A stretch of DNA of 64,000 bases. Source: Deltaproteobacteria bacterium (GTDB lineage: Bacteria; Myxococcota_A; Polyangia; Fen-1088). The position numbers and the translations under genes were made by a program. This document shows positions 46,388-55,178 of this stretch, one piece after another (the stretch's first letter is position 1; every line of letters begins with the position of its first letter). The notes under the pieces are model-generated. The model made no database searches. It had not been told where the DNA came from and saw nothing but the letters and a program-made list of their open reading frames with translations. The stretch is taken from assembly GCA_033763315.1 (NCBI GenBank), contig JANRKS010000031.1:1-64000 (forward strand). The letters run 5' to 3'.

Positions 46388-47800
46388 ATGCACATCCGCG
46401 GTTGGTCTCGACGACGGTTCTTCAAGATTTTGGGTATGGGCACAGGCATTCTTTCCCCCTTGGCCCACGGCGTGGCTGGGTGGGCCCAAGGCGCACCGAA
46501 GAAGCGGCTGGTCATCATTCAGCATCCTTACGGCAGCGACTACCCAGCGGTGGACGCCTATTGGCCGGTGCCCCTGCTTGGCAAAGACAAGGAAGTGGCG
46601 CTTACCCCAACGATGCTGCGGGAGCGGCGCGTGTCCGAAGTGATGGCAGACATCTCGAACCAGCTCACTTACGTGAAGGGCTTGTCCCTTTTTCACCAGC
46701 CGAAGTTCGGCAATGACTTGCCTCACCCCGGTGGGGGACACGAGATGGACAAGGGCCAATATTCAGGCAAGACGGCGGTGGGTGACAAGGTTCAGGCGGC
46801 GGGAACGTCCATCGATCAGTTTATCGCCAGTGGCATCGGTGCGGTGACCGCCTTGCCCAGCGTTTCCTTGGGAACCAACCAGACGGCCGGCTGCGGGTTT
46901 GTTCGCAACGGCGTGGTGGTTCCGAAGTACTACAGTCCCCGCATGCTGATCGAGGGCGCCTTCAAGAACTTCACGCCCACAAAGCCCAGCGCGCCTGCGC
47001 CGCAGAAACCTGACCTCGGCGATGACGATCTGTTGGTGCCCCTGGGTGACGAGATAAAGAAGCTGCGCAGCTTTTTTAACGGCACTGAACGCGAAAAGAT
47101 TGATCAACACATCGCCGCCTTGGAAGACTTGCGCCGGCTGTCCGGCGGCGAGAACGGTGCAGAGCCCGCCGCCTCTTGCGAAGTTCCGCAAGCCAGCGCC
47201 TTTCCGTCGCACACAAGCGGCAAGCCTGGCTCCGAGGGCGCCACCCTTTCCGGTGATCTCTTGAAGGGGTTCGTGCGCTTGGTGCCGACGTTGATGGCCT
47301 GTGATCGTACGCGCGTCGTAACTTTGGACTTGCAGGTGGGAAGCCCGCTTGGCTTTCTCGGTCCGCTTCACAGCCACAACTATTCACACTACAAGGGGGG
47401 CCCGGGCAGCGCTGAACACAAAGTCTGGCAAGAGCACCTGCGCTTTGCCGCGACCTGCTTTCGCGACATCGTCAAGGGTCTCGACGCCATTGCCGAAGGC
47501 AGCGGCACCGCGCTCGACAACAGCGTGGTGGTGTGGACGTCGTTCCAGGGCATCCCTGGGGCAAACCATATTTCGGCCCACGTTCCCACCGTGATGGCGG
47601 GTAGGCTCGGCGGTGCACTCAAACCGGGTGGCCGCTTGCTGAACTATGATCCTGGACAGCACCCCACCGGGCGCGGGCAAGACGACGGGATACGATTCGG
47701 GGAAAACCAAATGCGTTTCTGGGTGAGCCTGGCGAAGGGCTTCGGCTTAGATCCCTCCCGCGAATACCAGCATCAACCGTTGCAAGAGTTATTGGCCTGA
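46388..47800 (+). CDS. DUF1552 (HXXSH) Tat-exported protein (copy 2)
   Basis: AAGGAG SD; SRRRFF; GTSIDQ, MACDRTRV, HNYSH, GTALDNS. Confidence 0.88.
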   Translation: MHIRGWSRRRFFKILGMGTGILSPLAHGVAGWAQGAPKKRLVIIQHPYGSDYPAVDAYWPVPLLGKDKEVALTPTMLRERRVSEVMADISNQLTYVKGLSLFHQPKFGNDLPHPGGGHEMDKGQYSGKTAVGDKVQAAGTSIDQFIASGIGAVTALPSVSLGTNQTAGCGFVRNGVVVPKYYSPRMLIEGAFKNFTPTKPSAPAPQKPDLGDDDLLVPLGDEIKKLRSFFNGTEREKIDQHIAALEDLRRLSGGENGAEPAASCEVPQASAFPSHTSGKPGSEGATLSGDLLKGFVRLVPTLMACDRTRVVTLDLQVGSPLGFLGPLHSHNYSHYKGGPGSAEHKVWQEHLRFAATCFRDIVKGLDAIAEGSGTALDNSVVVWTSFQGIPGANHISAHVPTVMAGRLGGALKPGGRLLNYDPGQHPTGRGQDDGIRFGENQMRFWVSLAKGFGLDPSREYQHQPLQELLA

Positions 47801-47890
47801 CACGTTCGCATGGAAGTTTCTGCGCACTCATCAGCGCCCTTACATTCCTGCGGCGGCCCGTGCAACACCGACGACGTACGCCAGCGTAAA

Positions 47891-48538
47891 CTACGCCAGC
47901 TGGCTCTCGTCGACGCTGTGTTCGTTTGAGCCATCCGTACGCGCGGAAAGCAGTTGTTGCAGTAGCGCCTCGGTTCGCAGCAACGCTTCTTGCCGTGTCG
48001 ACACGGGTGGAATGCGCGGAGGCGCTTCGTCATCCGGATCGGCGGAGGAAAGTCCGAAGAACACGCCCGAGGTGATCACCACGTCGCCCAAGTTTACAAG
48101 CCGCGTGGCAATCAACGTTCCGGGACTCGCCTTCTTCCAGAACCCTTGCTCACGCACCACGTGCAGATCACCCGTCGAAACGTCTTCAAGTTCAACTTCA
48201 TCGTCCGAGATGCGGTTGGTGACCTTGTGGATCGTGAACGACGAAACCGCCAATGCGTCCAAGAAGCGCTCCTGATCCGAACCTTCTTCGGTGTGCGCTT
48301 GTGAGCGGTAACGATCCAATGCGGTGCTGCCGTTGCGTGCAAAATCGAGCACGCAGTACTGCAGGAACGTGAGGCCTGCGGTGGAATCGTCTTGATCGAG
48401 ATTGACCTGCCCGTTGTGCCACAGGCGCAATCGTTTTGCGGCCGCTTGGATCGTGGCGCTTGAAACGAATTTGGTCAGTTCTGAAAGGAGCTCGCTGCGG
48501 AACTCGCGAACGACTTCCAGGTTGGTGGGAACCGTCAT
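47891..48538 (-). CDS. Hypothetical protein resembling the core domain of SEC-C-associated proteins
   Basis: AGGAAGGA SD before ATG 48538; G.T.LD.Y...S.F.I.KV...LEDV.TG...V.E...G.LI.TRL pattern. Confidence 0.6.
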   Translation of the reverse strand: MTVPTNLEVVREFRSELLSELTKFVSSATIQAAAKRLRLWHNGQVNLDQDDSTAGLTFLQYCVLDFARNGSTALDRYRSQAHTEEGSDQERFLDALAVSSFTIHKVTNRISDDEVELEDVSTGDLHVVREQGFWKKASPGTLIATRLVNLGDVVITSGVFFGLSSADPDDEAPPRIPPVSTRQEALLRTEALLQQLLSARTDGSNEHSVDESQLA

Positions 48539-48931
48539 CGTCGTCCTTCCTACCTTGGGTTCGCTGCAAAGGGCAACCCTGGCGTGAATCGGCATCGTCT
48601 TACCTGCGCCGCGCGGCGTCGGTTTGACCTTGGCCGTCGGTCGCGGGGCGGCCGGCACAAAAGTAGCTGTAATTACCTAGGCCGATATGGATAAACGGCT
48701 CACGAAGCACCTGGTAGTTCTGACAGGTGTGACGTCGCTGTGGGGGCTGTTTTGATGGCATGGAATGCCCGCCAAAGCCTGAAATTCGCGGTGATTTCGG
48801 CGGTTTCTCACGCGCACTGTCCCTTCGTACAGTGAAAGCGAATTCAACTTCTGCCCTCCTGCCAGCGCACTAACGTTGTTTGGCGCGGGTCGTTGTTGTG
48901 CCGCGCTGGTCCTCTCCCTGAGGTGCGCATA

Positions 48932-50089
48932 ATGTTACCTGCCTTACGCTTCCAGTTTGTTCGTGGAGCGGCCCTGCGGTCCGCGGTGGTCCTGTTGGTT
49001 GTGTGCCTTATCGGAGGCTCTCAAGGGGCTTGTTCCTCTGCAGGGGGCAGTCCCTCGGATGATTCCGGCGGGGCCGGTGGGGAAGAGGAGTCCGGTGGCG
49101 GGGGCGGCTCCATCAGTGGTACCGGCGGGACCGCGGGCGCCGACGCCATCGACGCGGGCGGCTCGGTTGCCGGCGCTGCAGGCCATGACGCTGCCACGGA
49201 AAAGCCGGACGCCGGGTTGACCAAACCAGACGCGGCGAATCCCATCACGCCCACGAGCCCGCTTTACATGCCGCCCACGATGGGTGGGGATTTTGATTTC
49301 AGTGACAAGACGTGGGCTTACCCCGACGAGACAAAAAGTGTGCTGGGCACACCGCTTGGCACCGTGGTTTCGGATACCTTCGCGACGTCGAAGATCTACC
49401 CCGGCCGCTCTTACAAATACTCTGTCTACATCCCGAAGCAGTACGACGGCAGCACGCCGGCGGCGTTGATGGTGTGGCAAGACGGCAACAAGGCACTGGG
49501 AACGTTCCGCGTGCCGCTGGTCTACAACAACTTGATTCATCAGGGCCGCCTGCCCGTGACGATCAACATCTTTGTGGAACCAAGCTCCCAAGCCGACCGC
49601 AGCGATGAATACGATTCAATCAACGACAAATACGTTCGCTTCTTGATCGAAGAGCTGATCCCGTGGGCGACCACCAAGAACAACCTGAAGATCTCTGGCG
49701 ATCCCGAAGCGCATGGCATCGGCGGCCACAGTTCGGGTGGCGCGGCGGCGTTCACCGCGGCTTGGTTGCGCCCCGATTACTTTCGGCGCGTGGTCACCGG
49801 CAACGGCAGCTTTGTTGGTTTGCGCGGTGCCGATCAATATCCCGCGCTGATCAAGAGCGCGGCGAACAAGCCTCTGCGTGTGACGCTGCTCTCGGGTGAT
49901 GCCGACCTCAGTGGTTTTGGTGGCTGGCTTCCCGCAAACCGCGCGATGGCAGCGGCCTTGAAGCAAAAGAATTACCAGTACCGCTTTACCTACGCAAAGC
50001 AGGTTGGGCACGACGAGAAGTACTTCTCAATGATCGTCGCGTTCGACTTGTTGTTTGCCTGGCAAGGCTTCACCGCTGGGGCCAATTAG
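48932..50089 (+). CDS. Alpha/beta-hydrolase esterase (Fes/enterochelin-esterase-like) lipoprotein with Gly-rich tether
   Basis: VYIPKQY, MVWQDG, RSDEYD, GHSSG nucleophile elbow, C-terminal GH; GAGGT SD. Confidence 0.87.
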   Translation: MLPALRFQFVRGAALRSAVVLLVVCLIGGSQGACSSAGGSPSDDSGGAGGEEESGGGGGSISGTGGTAGADAIDAGGSVAGAAGHDAATEKPDAGLTKPDAANPITPTSPLYMPPTMGGDFDFSDKTWAYPDETKSVLGTPLGTVVSDTFATSKIYPGRSYKYSVYIPKQYDGSTPAALMVWQDGNKALGTFRVPLVYNNLIHQGRLPVTINIFVEPSSQADRSDEYDSINDKYVRFLIEELIPWATTKNNLKISGDPEAHGIGGHSSGGAAAFTAAWLRPDYFRRVVTGNGSFVGLRGADQYPALIKSAANKPLRVTLLSGDADLSGFGGWLPANRAMAAALKQKNYQYRFTYAKQVGHDEKYFSMIVAFDLLFAWQGFTAGAN

Positions 50090-50129
50090 GACTTTGGCTG
50101 GCATCGGTTTGCCAGCAAGGAGGCGCACA

Positions 50130-51797
50130 ATGACGTTTGTTACCAAGGTTTTGTTTGGCTCAGTGGCGTTGGCCACGGTGCTACAAGTGGCTTGCTCGGG
50201 CGGTTCAACGTCGCAAGGCAACGCGGGGGGCGCAGGCGGTGGCGAGGAGCCAACGGGGGGCGCAGGCGATCTCCCTGAGGGCGCCGTTGACCCGGGTTTC
50301 GTGGGCATCCATCGGTTGAACAACACCGAATACGACAACACCGTGAAAGATCTTTTGGGCTTGTCGAACACCCCCGCCACCACGTTCGCCCCCGATGAAC
50401 AAGCGCTGGGCTTCGATAACATCGCCAGCGCTCTTGGCATGACGCCATCGCAATACGAGCAATATTTCGCCGCGGGCCGCACGGTGGCGGACGAGGCATG
50501 GAAAAGTCCCGCTGCGAAGGCGCGCGTGATGGTCTGCGCTGACGACAACGACGGTTGCAAGCAGCAAATCGTAAGCAAGTTCGGTCTGCGAGCGTTTCGT
50601 CGACCGCTGGAGCCAGGTGAAGTTGAACGGTTGCTCAAAGTGCTGGCCGAGGCGCGAACCGCCGGCGAAGATTTCGAGGGAAGCCTTCGCCACTTGGTTG
50701 CCACGATGTTGACGGCGCCGCAGTTTCTGTACCGCATTGAACGCGATGCCAACGATAAGGCACATCGGCTTAACCCTTACGAATTGGCCTCGCGTTTGTC
50801 CTACACATTCTGGACCACGATGCCTGACGACGCCCTGTTTGAAGCGGCCGAGCAAGACGACTTAGGCAGCGATGAAAAGCTGAAGGCACAGGTTGAACGG
50901 ATGCTCTCCGACGCGCGGGGCATTCGTTTCGTCGATGCGTTTGCGGGGCAGTGGCTGGGGATGCGATCGCTCAAGTCTCACCAGGTGGACCTGCAGATTT
51001 TTCCTGACTGGGATGAAGAGCTGCGCCAATCCATGATTCAAGAAGCTTCGCTTTACTTTCGTCACTTTCTTGATGGCGACGGCCGCAGCGCCGGTACGTT
51101 TTTCTCTGAAAAGCTGAATTACTTAAACGCCCGCCTGGCAAAGCACTACGGCCTCGACGCGTCGAAGTACGGCAAAGATATGGTGGAAGTGAAAAACGCT
51201 TCGCCAGATCGTGTGGGCTTTTTAGGCATGGGATCCTTTCTCACCGATAGATCATTTCTGCACCGCACATCGCCCACGGCGCGCGGTGTGTGGATCCTGA
51301 AGAACCTGTTGTGTGAAACCATTCCAGCGCCGCCGCCCGTGGTGCCCGAGCTTGATGACAACAAGCCGCAAAGCGCTGCTGCCACCGTGAACGTGCGCGA
51401 GCGATTGGCCGTTCACCGCGAAAACCCTCAGTGCGCCGGCTGCCACACACTGTTCGATCCTGTTGGCCTCGGCCTTGAGAACTTCGATGGCATTGGGCGC
51501 TACAGAGATAAATACGCAAACGGCGACGCCATTGATGCCAGCGGTGAACTGCCTGATGGAGAAAAGTTCAACGGGCTGCCTGAACTATCATCGTTGTTGG
51601 CGAAGGACGATCGCTTTGCCGCATGTATGACGCAGAAACTCTTTGTCTACAGCTTGGGGCGCGATGTCGATGACGCCGACGCTCCGGCTTTGGAACAGTT
51701 GGGCAAAGCGTGGGCGAAAAACGATCTAAACGTGCGCCAGCTTGTAAAGCAAATGGTGTTGAGCGAGCCATTTCGGTCACGCCGCGCTGAACGCTAG
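50130..51797 (+). CDS. DUF1592/DUF1588-family heme-binding lipoprotein (copy 3)
   Basis: AAGGAGG SD; QVAC lipobox; HRLNNTEYDNTV, GFDN, ASRLSY, TSPTARG, CAGCH. Confidence 0.9.
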   Translation: MTFVTKVLFGSVALATVLQVACSGGSTSQGNAGGAGGGEEPTGGAGDLPEGAVDPGFVGIHRLNNTEYDNTVKDLLGLSNTPATTFAPDEQALGFDNIASALGMTPSQYEQYFAAGRTVADEAWKSPAAKARVMVCADDNDGCKQQIVSKFGLRAFRRPLEPGEVERLLKVLAEARTAGEDFEGSLRHLVATMLTAPQFLYRIERDANDKAHRLNPYELASRLSYTFWTTMPDDALFEAAEQDDLGSDEKLKAQVERMLSDARGIRFVDAFAGQWLGMRSLKSHQVDLQIFPDWDEELRQSMIQEASLYFRHFLDGDGRSAGTFFSEKLNYLNARLAKHYGLDASKYGKDMVEVKNASPDRVGFLGMGSFLTDRSFLHRTSPTARGVWILKNLLCETIPAPPPVVPELDDNKPQSAAATVNVRERLAVHRENPQCAGCHTLFDPVGLGLENFDGIGRYRDKYANGDAIDASGELPDGEKFNGLPELSSLLAKDDRFAACMTQKLFVYSLGRDVDDADAPALEQLGKAWAKNDLNVRQLVKQMVLSEPFRSRRAER

Positions 51798-51822
51798 ACC
51801 GCGGAAACGAGGGACTGCAAAC

Positions 51823-53208
51823 ATGTCGTCATTCAAAGCGAACCGTCGAAACGTTCTTAAGGGCCTGGGTGTCACTTTAGGCTTGCCGTGGCTTGAAGCC
51901 TTGGCGCCGCGCAAAGCGTCTGCCGCTGATGTGAAGAAGCGGTGGGTGGTCATGTTTTTTCCCAATGGCACTGCGGCGTTCTGGGATCCCACGGGCACGG
52001 GCTCGGGCAGCGCGTGGAAGCTGTCTCCCATTCTCGAACCGTTGGCTCCTATCAAGGCGAAAACCACGGTGATGAGCAACGTCGAGAACTACTCGCCGTT
52101 TGGCAGCACTTCGGTGGAGCCCTCTCACTCGCAACTTGCTGGGGCTTTCTTAACGTGTACAAAGTGCGCGCCCTCACTGTCGCAAATTGGCAATGGCATC
52201 TCGGCGGATCAGATGCTGGTGCAAAAGCTGGCGCCACCCACGCCTTTTGCGTCGCTGCAGTTGGGGTTGACCACGAAGTATGCGGATCCTGACGGGCGCC
52301 ATCCATCGAATAGCCGCAGCATCTCGTGGGCGTCACCCACGCAACCGCTCTATAAAACGATGAACCCACAAACCGTGTTTGACAGTTTGATGGGTGGCTT
52401 GGGTGGGGGCTCCGCAGATCCTGCCGCAGAGAAACGCCGCGCGTTGAACAAAAGCGCACTTGATTACGTGATGGAAAGCGCCGCCGGCCTGCAAGGCCAA
52501 TTGGGGCAAAGCGACAAGCACCGCCTGGATGACTATCTATCGTCGGTGCGCGATCTTGAAAAGCGCGTCCTGAAGGTGAGCCCCACCGTTTCGGCCGCCT
52601 CGTGTACCTTGGGTGTACGTCCACAATCGATGGGGCTCAACATCATTCCGAACGGCTACAGCCGCAACACGCACGCTGAGCTAATGTTGGATCTGGTGGT
52701 CAAGGCCTTTGAGTGCGATTTGACGCGCGTTGTGTCCTTCATGATGGACGACGAACGCAGCGAGTATGGCTACACGTTCCTCAAGAGCCGCAACTTCACC
52801 GCCTCCGGATCGGTGGAAACCACCGCCAATGTGCAGGGGTCGTATCACGATCTGCAACACTCTGGTGACACCAACGCGAACTTCGCTACGATCACGCGTT
52901 GGAATGTCGAGAAGGTAAGCCAACTGGCCACGCGTATGGATGCCATCAAAGAGGGCGGGAGCACGCTTTTGGACAGTTCGGTCATTTACTTTGGCAGCAG
53001 CATGCACGGCGGCAACCACAGTGGCGTGCGCATACCGTCGCTTTACATCGGCAGCGGCGGTGGCGTGTTGAAAACCGACCAGCACATCGCTTTCCCGCAG
53101 GAGCAGCGCTTGTCAGACATTTATCTAACGATGATGCAGAAGGTGTTCGGCGCCAGCATCACATCGTTTGCGAACAGCAAGGGCGTGGTGCCGGCGATCC
53201 TGGCCTGA
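51823..53208 (+). CDS. DUF1552 Tat-exported protein (copy 3, HDLQH variant)
   Basis: NRRNVLKG; FFPNG, ISADQ, AFECDLTRV, HDLQH, TLLDSS. Confidence 0.9.
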   Translation: MSSFKANRRNVLKGLGVTLGLPWLEALAPRKASAADVKKRWVVMFFPNGTAAFWDPTGTGSGSAWKLSPILEPLAPIKAKTTVMSNVENYSPFGSTSVEPSHSQLAGAFLTCTKCAPSLSQIGNGISADQMLVQKLAPPTPFASLQLGLTTKYADPDGRHPSNSRSISWASPTQPLYKTMNPQTVFDSLMGGLGGGSADPAAEKRRALNKSALDYVMESAAGLQGQLGQSDKHRLDDYLSSVRDLEKRVLKVSPTVSAASCTLGVRPQSMGLNIIPNGYSRNTHAELMLDLVVKAFECDLTRVVSFMMDDERSEYGYTFLKSRNFTASGSVETTANVQGSYHDLQHSGDTNANFATITRWNVEKVSQLATRMDAIKEGGSTLLDSSVIYFGSSMHGGNHSGVRIPSLYIGSGGGVLKTDQHIAFPQEQRLSDIYLTMMQKVFGASITSFANSKGVVPAILA

Positions 53209-54894
53209 CTAGAAGGCCGCGGCCGTGCGCCCTGCGGCGGGATCGCCCGCCGCCGTCAGGATTTTAAACGTTGGGTCGATGACCAAAAGGCTGGGCTCGC
53301 CTTTGGGCACTTCATCCACCTCCACTTTGTGGCCCCATGTGACAAGCTGGGCGCCCGCGGCCTCCTTGAGTTTAAGATCGACCTTCACCACGCCCAGCCG
53401 GGGCGCCGTTTGTAAGAACGATCCCACAAGTTGTTCTGTGGCCCAGCGAGGCGCGGTGACCGCTTCATCGGGCAGCAACCGAAAATCGATAAGATCCATC
53501 AGCAATTGCAGCGTGACCTGATCTTGTACGTCACCGCCGGCCACCGAGATCGCAAACACGGGGCGGTTGTTCTTCATGACAAGCGTGGGCGTCAACGTGA
53601 TGCGCGGCCGCTTGCCGGGCTCGAGTGTGTTGGGATGATCGGGCCAGAGGTTGAAACTTTGCAAACGCGAGCCCAACCACACGCCCGTTTCGCCGGCTTC
53701 CACGCCCGACCAACCGCTGGCGGTCGCGGCCACCACGTTGCCTGCTTTATCGGCCACGACGCACGTTGTGGTGTCGTTGCTTTTGGCGAATTTTGTGGCC
53801 CATGGGGGCAGCTTGTCGATTGTGGGCTTCTTGTTCAGCGGATCGCCTGGCCGCATTTCATTGAGTGCCTTGTCGAGCGAGATCAGCTGTGCCCGCAGCG
53901 ATAGATAATAGGGGTAAAAGAGCTCTTCGGTGGGAACGCTGGCAAACCGCGGGTCACCCAGATAAAGATCGCGATCGGCGAACGCCAACTTCATCGCTTC
54001 TGCCGCCACGTGAACCGCGCGCGGGTTGGTGGGTGATAAGCCGTTCATCGCGAAACGTTCCACCATGCCAAGCGCCGCCAACAGCGCGGGTCCTTGTGTG
54101 AACGCGCCTGGCTTGAACACTTTATAGCCGCGGTATTCGGCAAAAATAGGTTGCTCGATGCGCGTGCTGTGCGTGGCGAGATCTTCAAACCGCAACAAAG
54201 CGCCGGTGGATTGTGCCCACTTGTCGATGTCGCGCGCAATGCGGCCGCGGTAGAACTCATCGGCCACGCGCACCAGGCCCAAACGGCGGGCGCCTTCAGC
54301 TTGCTTTTCGGCATCGCTCAATTTGCGTAGCGTGGTGGCCAAACGCCAGTGCCAGTTTTCGGTGCCCTTTTTCAGCAGCTCTTGCGTGGGTGCCGCCACC
54401 TCCTTGAAGGTTTTGGTTCCGTGCCGATCCAACAGCGTGAAGATGGCGTCGGGCGCTCCCGGCACAGTGGCTGCCAATGCGCCTTGCGCGGGAATGCCCT
54501 TTTTCGCGTAGAAGGCACGCGTGGCCAAACGTGGCGCCGCACCTTGCCCCGCGATCACTTCCACGCTGTTGTCGGCGGCGCTGTAAACCAGAACCACCAT
54601 CTCACCACCGAAATGAAACTTCTTGCCGTCGGCCACACTCAACGCCAACAGAGCCGCGGCCGCGCCATCGGCGGCGTTGCCACCCGCCTTCATCACCTGC
54701 AAGGCCGCATCGGTGGCTTCGCGTTTGCCTGTTGATACGGCGGCGTTTTTCCCTGACGCATACCAAGGCTTGGGCTGTGGCAGTGGCGCCTCGGCCGCGG
54801 GCGGGGGCGTTGCAGGGGCGGGCGGCGGCGCTTGTTCCTTGCACGAGGCGCACATCAGGCAAACCAATAAAGCGAAGTGAAACCGTGTTTGCAT
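53209..54894 (-). CDS. ggt: Gamma-glutamyltransferase family lipoprotein
   Basis: GGNAADGA, TVPGA, AFADR, DTTTCVVAD (autocatalytic Thr), PGKRPR.TL.P, GGD.Q.Q. Confidence 0.9.
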   Translation of the reverse strand: MQTRFHFALLVCLMCASCKEQAPPPAPATPPPAAEAPLPQPKPWYASGKNAAVSTGKREATDAALQVMKAGGNAADGAAAALLALSVADGKKFHFGGEMVVLVYSAADNSVEVIAGQGAAPRLATRAFYAKKGIPAQGALAATVPGAPDAIFTLLDRHGTKTFKEVAAPTQELLKKGTENWHWRLATTLRKLSDAEKQAEGARRLGLVRVADEFYRGRIARDIDKWAQSTGALLRFEDLATHSTRIEQPIFAEYRGYKVFKPGAFTQGPALLAALGMVERFAMNGLSPTNPRAVHVAAEAMKLAFADRDLYLGDPRFASVPTEELFYPYYLSLRAQLISLDKALNEMRPGDPLNKKPTIDKLPPWATKFAKSNDTTTCVVADKAGNVVAATASGWSGVEAGETGVWLGSRLQSFNLWPDHPNTLEPGKRPRITLTPTLVMKNNRPVFAISVAGGDVQDQVTLQLLMDLIDFRLLPDEAVTAPRWATEQLVGSFLQTAPRLGVVKVDLKLKEAAGAQLVTWGHKVEVDEVPKGEPSLLVIDPTFKILTAAGDPAAGRTAAAF

Positions 54895-55178
54895 CGTGGA
54901 AATCTCCGCAGTGAACTGCGTTAGGTTCGATCTCATTGCCCGCGGGCCAAGTCAAGCGTGGGTGGATTTTGGCGCGGGCGTTCGGACGGCGATCACAGCT
55001 CGTGCCGCACGAAAACATCCATCCCGGCGGTGGATGGCCGCTAACATGCTGATATTACTTGAAAAAGACTGGGGGGCCCGTAAAGGCGGGCGCATCGTTG
55101 TCGCACGCCTCGAAAATACCCGGCGCCCCGCACACGGCTGCCCTTGAAGGGGCTGCGCTTTTCCGCCACTTTACCCCC

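Noticed and set aside
50098-50113. Sigma54 promoter TGGCATCGGTTTGC before DUF1592 copy 3
   Set aside because: GG-GC spacing is 9, not 10; better explained as a hairpin.
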